This document shows positions 56,115 through 64,000 of a stretch of 64,000 bases of DNA, in pieces; within the stretch, counting starts at the first letter, position 1, and the number at the start of each line of letters is the position of its first letter. Position numbers and translations under genes: made by a program. A model generated the notes under the pieces. That model was not told the origin of the DNA and did no database searches. It saw nothing but the letters and a program-made list of their open reading frames with translations. Origin of the DNA: a virus. The stretch lies in the IMG/VR virus record IMGVR_UViG_3300034095_000254. One strand, written 5' to 3'.

Positions 56115-56351
56115 TTACATTACAGCTAGCATGCCCTGTGCTGCAGCAACGATCCAACGACAGGCGATTTCGTCTGAGGCTAGTTCTTGTTGTGCACGGA
56201 TGTCAGCTATCTCTTGTAGAAGGAATGCATACTCTTCAGAAGTTAATTGTCCTGCTGCATAGTTCTCGTGGATTACTAGGAGTTCGTTTGCCAATGATGC
56301 TGCTGGACCACCTAGTCCAACCTGTTCTCTTAATTCGTTTAAGATACTCAT
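56115..56351 (-). CDS. Hypothetical protein
   Basis: ORF from MSILNE. Confidence 0.55.
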   Translation of the reverse strand: MSILNELREQVGLGGPAASLANELLVIHENYAAGQLTSEEYAFLLQEIADIRAQQELASDEIACRWIVAAAQGMLAVM

Positions 56352-56352
56352 T

Positions 56353-56700
56353 TTATCTACCCTTCCAAGCATCGATGGTTACATCGACTCGTGTTTTATT
56401 AAGTTTAACAATACTCTCGCAGAATAAAGCACTCTTGCTTTCTTTGGCTTTCTTTAATGCTTCTTCCATCTTGCCGAATGCATCCGATTGAGGATCACCT
56501 CGTTCGAAAGAGTAAACTTTGAGAGTTTCTACTTTGTCCAAAACTGGTTGCCAATTGGACTTATCTTCACAGCTAATCTTACTTAGTCCTACTTTAATCT
56601 CGATTGCTTGACCAAACATAACTGGGTCATGTGGCTTGGGAAAGATTACTGCACAGCCAGAAAGAACTACTAATGATAGTGCTAGGATTAATCTTTTCAT
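56353..56700 (-). CDS. Lipoprotein
   Basis: Lipobox LSGC. Confidence 0.65.
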   Translation of the reverse strand: MKRLILALSLVVLSGCAVIFPKPHDPVMFGQAIEIKVGLSKISCEDKSNWQPVLDKVETLKVYSFERGDPQSDAFGKMEEALKKAKESKSALFCESIVKLNKTRVDVTIDAWKGR

Positions 56701-58505
56701 TTCATCGCTTTCCTTAGGTCGTTGTAAAGAGCATCTTTATGTTCTGGTTTCATCTGACTTGATAGATGAGAATGGAATTCTTCTTTCTTACCTGCTGATG
56801 CTAACCCTCTTAACTTAGTTCCAGAGACACCCTCAACACCTTTAGCATTTTCGTCTCGTTTACCAGCGTTCTCAAATGTAATGTCCTTAAAGTTATACTC
56901 TCCATGAGCACCTTTAACTCCATTATATTTCTTGAGTAGATCAGCCATTGGTTTACGATCTTCACCACCAGCAAAGTGTAGATGAGTCACACCTTGTTTA
57001 TGTAAGTCTGCTGCTTGTTGAAGGATAGTTGGACTTTGTTTATCAGCAACTTTGATATTAGTTCCAGGGAATGCATTTTGCGCATGCATTAATTTTTGCT
57101 CAGGAGAAAGAGGATTCTTTGCTTTCTTCTTTTCAGCTGCAGTTGTATCTTGAGAACCAGATAGAACTAGAGTATGTCCACCACCGAATTTCTTGGCAGT
57201 GTTCTGCATATGTTGAACAAGTTTCTCATGACCAGCAGTTGGTGGGTTCATACGACCAAATGCGATTGTATGATGATTATCAGAAGCATTAGTATTACCT
57301 TCTTGTGCTCCACGAGACTTCAACAGATTCTGACGAGCAAACTCTGCACGATTGACCAACTTGGTTGGCTCTGTTACACCATTGTGAGTATGATTGTAAA
57401 CAAAACCTTCTGGTTTGGAAGCAACCCCACCGATAGAATGCTCATATCCACCTTCGTTTGATTCAAGACTATTGACCAATTCATTCTTGGCATTGGCAAG
57501 ATGACCATGCATCTTTAGTAGATTGTCGTAGTGTTCTTTGTTCTTGTCAATGTGTGCCAATTGAGCACCAGCATTATCCATAATCTCTTGCTTCTTGGCA
57601 GGAGTTTTAATCTTTTCGAACTTTTTCTTCAACTGAGAAGAAACATGGTCTTTAAAACCATCGCTGGAAGGAGTTTCCCCTGTACGAACTGTTTGATTGA
57701 TGTAGGTTGCTAGATGTCCTGCTTCACCACTATGCTCTGCGTGAATTGCTTTATACATCTTGGCACCATGAGTCTCATGAATAGTCTTGGCTTTGGATAA
57801 TTCTCCAAGCACTTTCTGTTGAGACTGTTCAGAGTACTTTGCACCTGCAGCATCGTAGCTGGCAGTGTGGTGATAGATGTCTGAGTGAGAGCCGAAGTCA
57901 CCTTCAGAAACATTACCAGTTGCACGCATGTTGCTTAGGTTAGTTCCTTCGTATTTGGTATGAGTAACTAAACCAAATTTAGATTTGTTAATTGATGCAG
58001 CTTTATCACCCTTTGCACCATAAGTGATAGTGTTCGGTGTGAAAGAAGTTTTGTCTCCTTCTTTCTTAAGATCAGGTTTAGTGAACATCACATCACCTTG
58101 GAATACACCTTTCTTTGGTGCAATCTTTGGTGCATGTTCTAATGCTGCTTTAAGTTTTTCTACAAGACCTGGAGCATGTCCATGATTCTTCTCAACATCT
58201 TCAGGTGTATAATTTAGTTTTGGATTTTTATTGAAGGCAGACTTTGATGCAACAAAGAATTTACCATTCTCTGGGTGGTGTCCATAAACCAAAGATGGCG
58301 AACCATCGTACTTCATCGTCAGTTTGTTGGAGTTCATACCTTGTTTGGTATGGAAGTGTGCACCATGTAGAGCATTATACGCATGATTGAATCCGTCTGC
58401 TCCATGGAACAGTGGACGATCCTCAGCGTGAGTAATGTGTTTGAGTTTTGCACCTTCTTCGGTCGGTGCACCTTCAGTCAAAAAGTCTTTAAATCCTAGC
58501 ATCAT
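56697..58505 (-). CDS. DUF6267-like domain + cytidylyltransferase-like domain protein
   Basis: H.THAED, KYDGSPS, FQGD.MF, PEGFV, KLVNR..F; C-terminal FGRMNPPTAGH and SGTKLR. Confidence 0.75.
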   Translation of the reverse strand: MMLGFKDFLTEGAPTEEGAKLKHITHAEDRPLFHGADGFNHAYNALHGAHFHTKQGMNSNKLTMKYDGSPSLVYGHHPENGKFFVASKSAFNKNPKLNYTPEDVEKNHGHAPGLVEKLKAALEHAPKIAPKKGVFQGDVMFTKPDLKKEGDKTSFTPNTITYGAKGDKAASINKSKFGLVTHTKYEGTNLSNMRATGNVSEGDFGSHSDIYHHTASYDAAGAKYSEQSQQKVLGELSKAKTIHETHGAKMYKAIHAEHSGEAGHLATYINQTVRTGETPSSDGFKDHVSSQLKKKFEKIKTPAKKQEIMDNAGAQLAHIDKNKEHYDNLLKMHGHLANAKNELVNSLESNEGGYEHSIGGVASKPEGFVYNHTHNGVTEPTKLVNRAEFARQNLLKSRGAQEGNTNASDNHHTIAFGRMNPPTAGHEKLVQHMQNTAKKFGGGHTLVLSGSQDTTAAEKKKAKNPLSPEQKLMHAQNAFPGTNIKVADKQSPTILQQAADLHKQGVTHLHFAGGEDRKPMADLLKKYNGVKGAHGEYNFKDITFENAGKRDENAKGVEGVSGTKLRGLASAGKKEEFHSHLSSQMKPEHKDALYNDLRKAMK

Positions 58506-58511
58506 ATTACT

Positions 58512-58540
58512 ATTATACCCTAAGTTGCAATTATTGTCAA
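58512..58540 (-). promoter_or_regulatory. Consensus sigma70 promoter, leaderless transcript
   Basis: TTGACA-17-TATAAT-6-ATG. Confidence 0.8.
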
Positions 58541-58566
58541 GCGATAACCCTACGGAATTGAGGGGA

Positions 58567-59805
58567 TTATTGCAGCTTGAAAGTGCCTACTGCGCTCTTG
58601 TGAGCACCAGAGGATGATTTAATCGTATAGCGAGCAGCAACTACTGGCTTGTTAGTCTTAGCATGGATACCCTTAATGGTAACTGATGTTCCTTTTCCTG
58701 GAACTACATGTAAAGAGTCTGGCTTAAATTGCGATAGATGTTCATCGGCTAAACTGTGCATTGGTTTGATCACAGATTCTGCTTCTCCGTTATCTTTAAC
58801 TTTACTGTGCACAACTGTATGAGGAATATGAGTATTTGGTGATACATTCTGACGAATGATATTTGCTAGATCTTCTGACTTGTGTTGCGCCATACCTGTA
58901 GCAAACGATTGAGTCATTTGAGTTCTTGCGGCAAGATTAGATGCACGAGCAGTTGATGCTCTTTGACTTGCTTGTTGACGGAATGCTTCTTGTTTCTTTT
59001 CTGGTAGTGCGTCGTGTGCTTGGATAAATTTGTCCAAGTGTTCATGCATGATTTTCTTTTTACCAGAAAGTTTCTTACCTGCTTGCATTGCAGCAAGACC
59101 TTCAGCATGTTTCTGACGAATGTCGTTGATGGGCATTTCGTCAATCTTAGTTTGAATGTTTCTTTGATCTGCTGAGCCAGTGTATCCCATTTTCTCCATG
59201 GCATCAGTATGATGTTGCATTGGAGCACCAAGAGATCCAGATGATAGTTTAGCAGTTTTCTCTAATGCATCAAGTCCTGGATTACGATAGTTCGGTTCTT
59301 GTGAACCATACTTAGCAGAGATGCCATGATGTCCGACTGGCTTACCTTCTTTATCGTGTAGTGTAACAATCAAGTCAGCATTAGAGTTTACATCTTTAAC
59401 ACCAGTAGTCTTTTCGTGGTCACCAGCAACATTCGCTTTGTCAGCATTGGATGTCCAGTGAACATTACCGATGTGCGCATGGTCACCAATATGTCCTTGG
59501 TCTTGCATGCTTTGTTTAAATGCTGCTGCAGATTGTTTTGCATGACGATCAATTTCGTCATATGCTGCAGCTGGAATCTTTTCTCTTAGTTTATCGTGTA
59601 CTTGTTCTGGAGTACCAGCATGGTCTGGGTTGTCAGAGAAAGAACGATGATGCTCTGGAAGTTTAGTTTCAGGATGTAGATGTTTTGCTAAAAGTATCTC
59701 ATGGAGTTTACCTTTATCATCTGAATCAACTGATGAAGATTCTGCTTCTAACAGCAAGTCTTCATTTAGTGCTTCTTCTTTAAGAAATAATTTGAAATTT
59801 AACAT
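58567..59805 (-). CDS. Putative packaged PD-(D/E)XK-like nuclease
   Basis: MLNFKLFLKEE leader; GKLHE, NADLIV, GISAKY. Confidence 0.5.
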   Translation of the reverse strand: MLNFKLFLKEEALNEDLLLEAESSSVDSDDKGKLHEILLAKHLHPETKLPEHHRSFSDNPDHAGTPEQVHDKLREKIPAAAYDEIDRHAKQSAAAFKQSMQDQGHIGDHAHIGNVHWTSNADKANVAGDHEKTTGVKDVNSNADLIVTLHDKEGKPVGHHGISAKYGSQEPNYRNPGLDALEKTAKLSSGSLGAPMQHHTDAMEKMGYTGSADQRNIQTKIDEMPINDIRQKHAEGLAAMQAGKKLSGKKKIMHEHLDKFIQAHDALPEKKQEAFRQQASQRASTARASNLAARTQMTQSFATGMAQHKSEDLANIIRQNVSPNTHIPHTVVHSKVKDNGEAESVIKPMHSLADEHLSQFKPDSLHVVPGKGTSVTIKGIHAKTNKPVVAARYTIKSSSGAHKSAVGTFKLQ

Positions 59806-59809
59806 ATGT

Positions 59810-60721
59810 TTACCATGGATCCCCAGAGAGTTTTAAAGATGATGCCATCTTTTCTGACTCGAATTTAAAACGAATCTTCATAATCTTTTTTTCACCAGCT
59901 TTTACGCCAATTGATTCGTTGCCTACTTTTTCTAAAGTGATGGGATACTTTGATAACGCATCTAATTTCTCGTTTTTCACTGGATCCATCACTGTTGCTT
60001 TATAGGGAGGTTTACTTCCCTGTCCTGTAACTTTAATATATGGAGGATACTGCACCTCAGCATCCATCCAATCAGAGAGAAGATATTTTAACAACTCTTG
60101 TTGTTTAAATTTTAACAGTCTCTCTAATAATTTATCTCTCATACCTGACATCATTTTAACACCAATCTCCTCAGTCTCTTTTTTGACTTCTGGATGTGTT
60201 CTAATAAAAACTTTTCTCTCTGTCGCAGGGTTGGGTAACTTAAATCTAGTTATAGTATCTTGCAATAATAATTTGTATTCATTGGCAAGAGACATAGTAA
60301 GATTAGTATCAATAGTTCCAACACCTGGATTCTTAAATCCAATATCACCTGATCCTTGAGTTGCTTTAGCAGACAATCCTAAAAACCCATCTGCTGGACC
60401 ATCATTAAATTTAACCAATATATCAGTTGGATTCTTTTTCTGGTCTACGAATCTACCAACTGCTGATGTCATAGAGTTAGGTCTAGCAGTCCACCAAACT
60501 TTATTAACGAATCCTTTGTATTTATTGTCTTTAGCCCAATCAATAAAATACTCTGCCATTGCTCTGGCTTTACCTTCAGCATCTGCTACTTCTTCTGGCT
60601 TGGCTTGCTTTACACGCTGATCGTATTGTAATTTAGCAGACGAGTCAAACCATTTATCACCTGCTAAAACATAGCCTGTATAAATTTCGTTAATGTCTGA
60701 TAATACGGTGTTTGCAGTCAC
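59810..60721 (-). CDS. Putative restriction-endonuclease-like protein
   Basis: DINE, NPTDILV, GLSAKAT; late box upstream. Confidence 0.5.
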   Translation of the reverse strand: MTANTVLSDINEIYTGYVLAGDKWFDSSAKLQYDQRVKQAKPEEVADAEGKARAMAEYFIDWAKDNKYKGFVNKVWWTARPNSMTSAVGRFVDQKKNPTDILVKFNDGPADGFLGLSAKATQGSGDIGFKNPGVGTIDTNLTMSLANEYKLLLQDTITRFKLPNPATERKVFIRTHPEVKKETEEIGVKMMSGMRDKLLERLLKFKQQELLKYLLSDWMDAEVQYPPYIKVTGQGSKPPYKATVMDPVKNEKLDALSKYPITLEKVGNESIGVKAGEKKIMKIRFKFESEKMASSLKLSGDPW

Positions 60722-60750
60722 GAAAGTTCCTAAAAAGATCCCAGTAAGGA

Positions 60751-61479
60751 TTATTTAGGACGACGAGATGCTCTGATAGTTCTCTGGTATTTACGATCCC
60801 ACTTGGCAATCTGCTGCATTAGTTTAGGAATTGCAGCGTTATTACGATAGTCGTAATTGAATGCTTTGAGGATGTAATTGAGAGTGGAAGAATCTTTAGA
60901 GTTCTTGGCTCTATTGATTAGTTCTTCTGTGGAGATGGATGGTTTGTAGATTTTGAAATCAAGTAACACACAGTGGGCATATGCCTGAATTTCATCGAAC
61001 TCAGAGAGATATCTTCTCTCAATGTTCTTCTTTTCATGTTTTACTTTCTTGTAAGGAACGACATAGTTAGACCATTCATCCCCTCTTCTATCGAACTGCA
61101 TGAAGTGTATTAACTCATGCATTTGAGTCTGCATTATACGATATTTAAACTTGTTCCATGTATCGTATGTGAATGGAAACCTATCGAACTCAGTTGTGTA
61201 TATTTGGATACAGCACTGTCTTTCATCTGGTCCATACTCACCACCAACGGCAACATAGTTGTCGTACATTTTGGCTTTGGATTTTTGTGGGAGAAACTCG
61301 ACTTTGGTTTTCCACTTTCTGAAGTAGTTTGAAAGACCCTTACTATCGTTGCAATAGTTGTCTAGGTCTTTCCATACTTTCGAAGGTATAAAGGTTGCTC
61401 TAAATGGACGCTCGTGGAAGTTGAGCAGATCCATCCAATCGTAATTAGCGTTTTCCAGGAATTCAAAATTGCATGGCAT
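60751..61479 (-). CDS. HExxH metallopeptidase-like protein
   Basis: HELIHFMQ...YL..FDEIQAYA. Confidence 0.6.
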   Translation of the reverse strand: MPCNFEFLENANYDWMDLLNFHERPFRATFIPSKVWKDLDNYCNDSKGLSNYFRKWKTKVEFLPQKSKAKMYDNYVAVGGEYGPDERQCCIQIYTTEFDRFPFTYDTWNKFKYRIMQTQMHELIHFMQFDRRGDEWSNYVVPYKKVKHEKKNIERRYLSEFDEIQAYAHCVLLDFKIYKPSISTEELINRAKNSKDSSTLNYILKAFNYDYRNNAAIPKLMQQIAKWDRKYQRTIRASRRPK

Positions 61480-61500
61480 TTTACATCCCAGAAAGGCATT

Positions 61501-62109
61501 TTACATCTTGAGATTACCTTCCAAGAATGCGAGTACCTTTCCCTGCTCCTCTAAGTTAGTATTGCTAAACTCGGTAATATAAGGCATCAGATCAAAGTTT
61601 GATAGTAGATTACTATATTTAGTTTCTCTGCCTCTTAGGAATTGTTCAGACTGGTCGGAACCCCTATCCTTGTATCTCTGTTCTAGGATCTCCTTCGGTG
61701 CTTTCAAATAGACCACCTGTAATTCGGTATTTGGAAGTCCCATGGCGAACTCTAAGAAAGACTGATTAAAGATTCGATCTCCTTCGAACAGGATGTTACA
61801 GTTGTGAGTCTGAATCCACTTTTGTAACTCAGGCTGAACCGCCATACTAAGACGATCTGTTCCAGCGAAGGTTTCACCCTCTTGATACTTACCAAGAATA
61901 TAGAGATCCAACTCTTCATTATATAATGCCGATACCAGTTTGGCTGGCTCTGTTTCGATACATTGTTTACCTTCAATAAACTTACGGAATAGAGTGGTCT
62001 TACCAGTTCCAGGTTGACCACCAACAGCAATCAATTTACGAGTCTTCATAGGGTTTGTCACCTTTACAATATTAATAGTGTCACCGACACCGATTCTGTC
62101 ATTAAACAT
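61501..62109 (-). CDS. P-loop nucleotide kinase of DNA base-modification clusters
   Basis: GGQPGTGKTT, GKY...FAGTDRLS, LFEGDR, R...RGS. Confidence 0.75.
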   Translation of the reverse strand: MFNDRIGVGDTINIVKVTNPMKTRKLIAVGGQPGTGKTTLFRKFIEGKQCIETEPAKLVSALYNEELDLYILGKYQEGETFAGTDRLSMAVQPELQKWIQTHNCNILFEGDRIFNQSFLEFAMGLPNTELQVVYLKAPKEILEQRYKDRGSDQSEQFLRGRETKYSNLLSNFDLMPYITEFSNTNLEEQGKVLAFLEGNLKM

Positions 62110-62482
62110 TTCTTGCTTCTTTAATTAAGTTCTTTAATTCATCTTCAGTAAACACCCATACTCTTCCGAGAAAGTGATGAGTGTCACTATCCACATTATG
62201 CTTCTTAGTGAATGTTGTTTTCTTAATTATATCCCGTGCAAGATTCTTAGACAAGTTTTCTTTAATCTCATCTGCATAGGTTGGAACAGTTTCTTTTAGT
62301 TTCAATAACTCGAACTCCGCAACCTTATGTTCAACTGTAATCTTATTGAATGAATAAGTGTCAAGAAAATCTTCCATATCGAATCCACCGAATGATAGAG
62401 CACTAGAAGATACTGTGCCACCACCAGTAATTGTTATGGTATCACTAACACTACTCACACTACCACCAATTATAGTACTCAT
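62102..62482 (-). CDS. Hypothetical protein
   Basis: ORF track. Confidence 0.55.
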   Translation of the reverse strand: MSTIIGGSVSSVSDTITITGGGTVSSSALSFGGFDMEDFLDTYSFNKITVEHKVAEFELLKLKETVPTYADEIKENLSKNLARDIIKKTTFTKKHNVDSDTHHFLGRVWVFTEDELKNLIKEARNV

Positions 62483-63501
62483 GTAAACATCTCCAATCCA
62501 TTTAATATAGGTTCTTCATCTTCAAACATCCAATCCATATTCTGCATTTTGCCAGTGTTAAGGAAGGATGTAAATTTCTCTTTATCAATACCATTTCTAT
62601 GGTCTAATCTCAAGTCAATGGTTTCTTCTCTTGACTGCCATAGAACATTCCAGTCAATACCATACCAACCATCTTTCTCACACTGCATAATCTCTTCTGC
62701 TTGTCGGTCGAGATAGTAACCAAGATACCTTCCATGGCTCTTTCTGAATATCTTCTTGAAAGAACAAAGACAGGTTTCCATGGTAAAGTAATCTATTTGG
62801 GAGTCCAGTTCTGGAAATCTTTCTTTCGTTTCAATGAGAATCTCTCTCGCTTGTGCTTCCAAATTAGCATAATCGACTCCAGTGAGTTTTCTATCCATAT
62901 CGTTATCCCTCCCAATGGCGAGAAGTAATCCATTACGATGAGAGCGAGAGCCATCATAATCATCCAGCATGAGGCTAGTAGGAGTGATACGCACACCAGC
63001 AGTATGCTTAAGATGCTGAAGATAAAACCAAGTGGAATAACGACCAAACTTATGCAGCCCAGACTTAATGCCTGTCCAGAGATTATTAAAGTTCTCTTCC
63101 TCAGATTGTCCATAGTATTCTTCCAGTTTTTCTCGTTGTGTCTTATCGCCAATGAATTGCTGATAAGAAGCAAACATCGCAGGGAGATGCCCCTTGTTCC
63201 ACTTTGTATCAGTCTGATATCTTAATCGTTTATAGTTGGCAGTGTTCCATTGAGTAATACGATCAACTGTTGCCAACTCAAAGTCAGGAAACTCATTCAT
63301 GAGAATCCATGCAGTTGGAAGATAGTATGTGTTACCATACAACCAACACAACCACAACTTCTGTTCATCGTTGTGTTCGTATCTTTTGTTCAGATAGTTT
63401 GTTGCCCATACTGCTGGATCGCAGTCGTCATACTTTAATGACCATGCATACCAACGAATGAACGCTTCCCTACGATTTTGTTCTAATCTATAATCAAGCA
63501 T
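62479..63501 (-). CDS. aGPT-pyrophosphorylase clade 2 / amino acid:DNA transferase-like protein
   Basis: DCDP, W.CWLYGNTY, RYQTDTKW, FGRYSTWFYLQ, GSRSHRNGL, METCLCSFKK, RYLGYY. Confidence 0.75.
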   Translation of the reverse strand: MLDYRLEQNRREAFIRWYAWSLKYDDCDPAVWATNYLNKRYEHNDEQKLWLCWLYGNTYYLPTAWILMNEFPDFELATVDRITQWNTANYKRLRYQTDTKWNKGHLPAMFASYQQFIGDKTQREKLEEYYGQSEEENFNNLWTGIKSGLHKFGRYSTWFYLQHLKHTAGVRITPTSLMLDDYDGSRSHRNGLLLAIGRDNDMDRKLTGVDYANLEAQAREILIETKERFPELDSQIDYFTMETCLCSFKKIFRKSHGRYLGYYLDRQAEEIMQCEKDGWYGIDWNVLWQSREETIDLRLDHRNGIDKEKFTSFLNTGKMQNMDWMFEDEEPILNGLEMFT

Positions 63502-64000
63502 ACCATCTCTTAAATGAGAACTCTGGAACATCCCAGCATAACTGATTTTCCCATCTTTCGTTTTTATAAAAGAACTCGTCTTTTATATCTTTTAAATTTA
63601 TAATGGCATATGTGCCAGTGAACAATCCAATTAGAAAACAATAAGAAGCACCATCATGTTTTAATGCGTGTTCAACTTTATGTTTTTTAATAGTTGCCAC
63701 ACCATCACCTGTTCCACATTGAACATCAATACGAACATCGGCAGTTCTATCAATCAAATCTGCGTCACCTGTTCGCTTAAATGTATCAATGCTTGTTAGG
63801 TCATCTCCACCATTTCTTTCGAGTTTACCCAGTATCAATTTATCAATAATAAATGGAGTAAATATCTTTTCAGATAGGTAACCAAGCATCCAGTTATAGT
63901 AAACATCTTCCATGGCACGACCATTGTTTCTCATACGAGGAAGAATATTGTGGTTCTTAATCTTCATAAAAGTATCAATGATGTCTTGGTCTATGTTACC
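63494..64000 (-). CDS. PD-(D/E)XK-like nuclease (5' end outside window)
   Basis: Frame open to window end; NGGDD...TGDADL...IDVQCG...IKKHK. Confidence 0.5.
   Translation of the reverse strand, partial: GNIDQDIIDTFMKIKNHNILPRMRNNGRAMEDVYYNWMLGYLSEKIFTPFIIDKLILGKLERNGGDDLTSIDTFKRTGDADLIDRTADVRIDVQCGTGDGVATIKKHKVEHALKHDGASYCFLIGLFTGTYAIINLKDIKDEFFYKNERWENQLCWDVPEFSFKRWYA

Noticed and set aside
105-63438. Plus-strand ORFs in the six-frame track
   Set aside because: They are antisense shadows of minus-strand genes or tRNAs, without recognisable motifs.
1-64000. Restriction-site avoidance (e.g. CCGG looks scarce)
   Set aside because: Cannot be counted reliably by eye; needs a k-mer observed/expected calculation.

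Overview
64 kb segment of a large T4-like (Tevenvirinae/Kyanoviridae-type) myophage genome, essentially all coded on the minus strand, probably infecting an aquatic beta/gammaproteobacterium (inferred from the IscU, tmRNA tag and spanins). In window order it carries: ClpP, a SleB-like hydrolase, GroES, a circularly permuted two-piece tmRNA, IscA/IscU, a GH19 endolysin, PhoH, several 2OG-Fe(II) oxygenases and many small early ORFs. Next come a 27-tRNA array covering all 20 amino acids (with bS21 and several stem-closed unknown RNAs interspersed), dCMP deaminase, RNase H and DsbA. A curli-like secretion locus (CsgF, CsgG, two curlin-repeat proteins) is linked to a FecR protein and a CHASE2 adenylate cyclase. 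It is followed by a desaturase, NrdAB, ThyX, primase, spanins, Dps, a block of putative internal-head (poly)proteins and nucleases, and a DNA-hypermodification module (P-loop kinase plus aGPT-PPase2/AADT). The standout observation is at 22468-22688, directly upstream of the tRNA array. A leaderless 41-codon ORF samples 19 amino acids and nearly every tRNA isoacceptor class, and it overlaps mutually exclusive antiterminator/terminator hairpins. This looks like a ribosome-coupled 'pan-tRNA' attenuator that would switch on phage tRNAs when any host tRNA is depleted. All calls are by eye from sequence motifs; no database searches were run.
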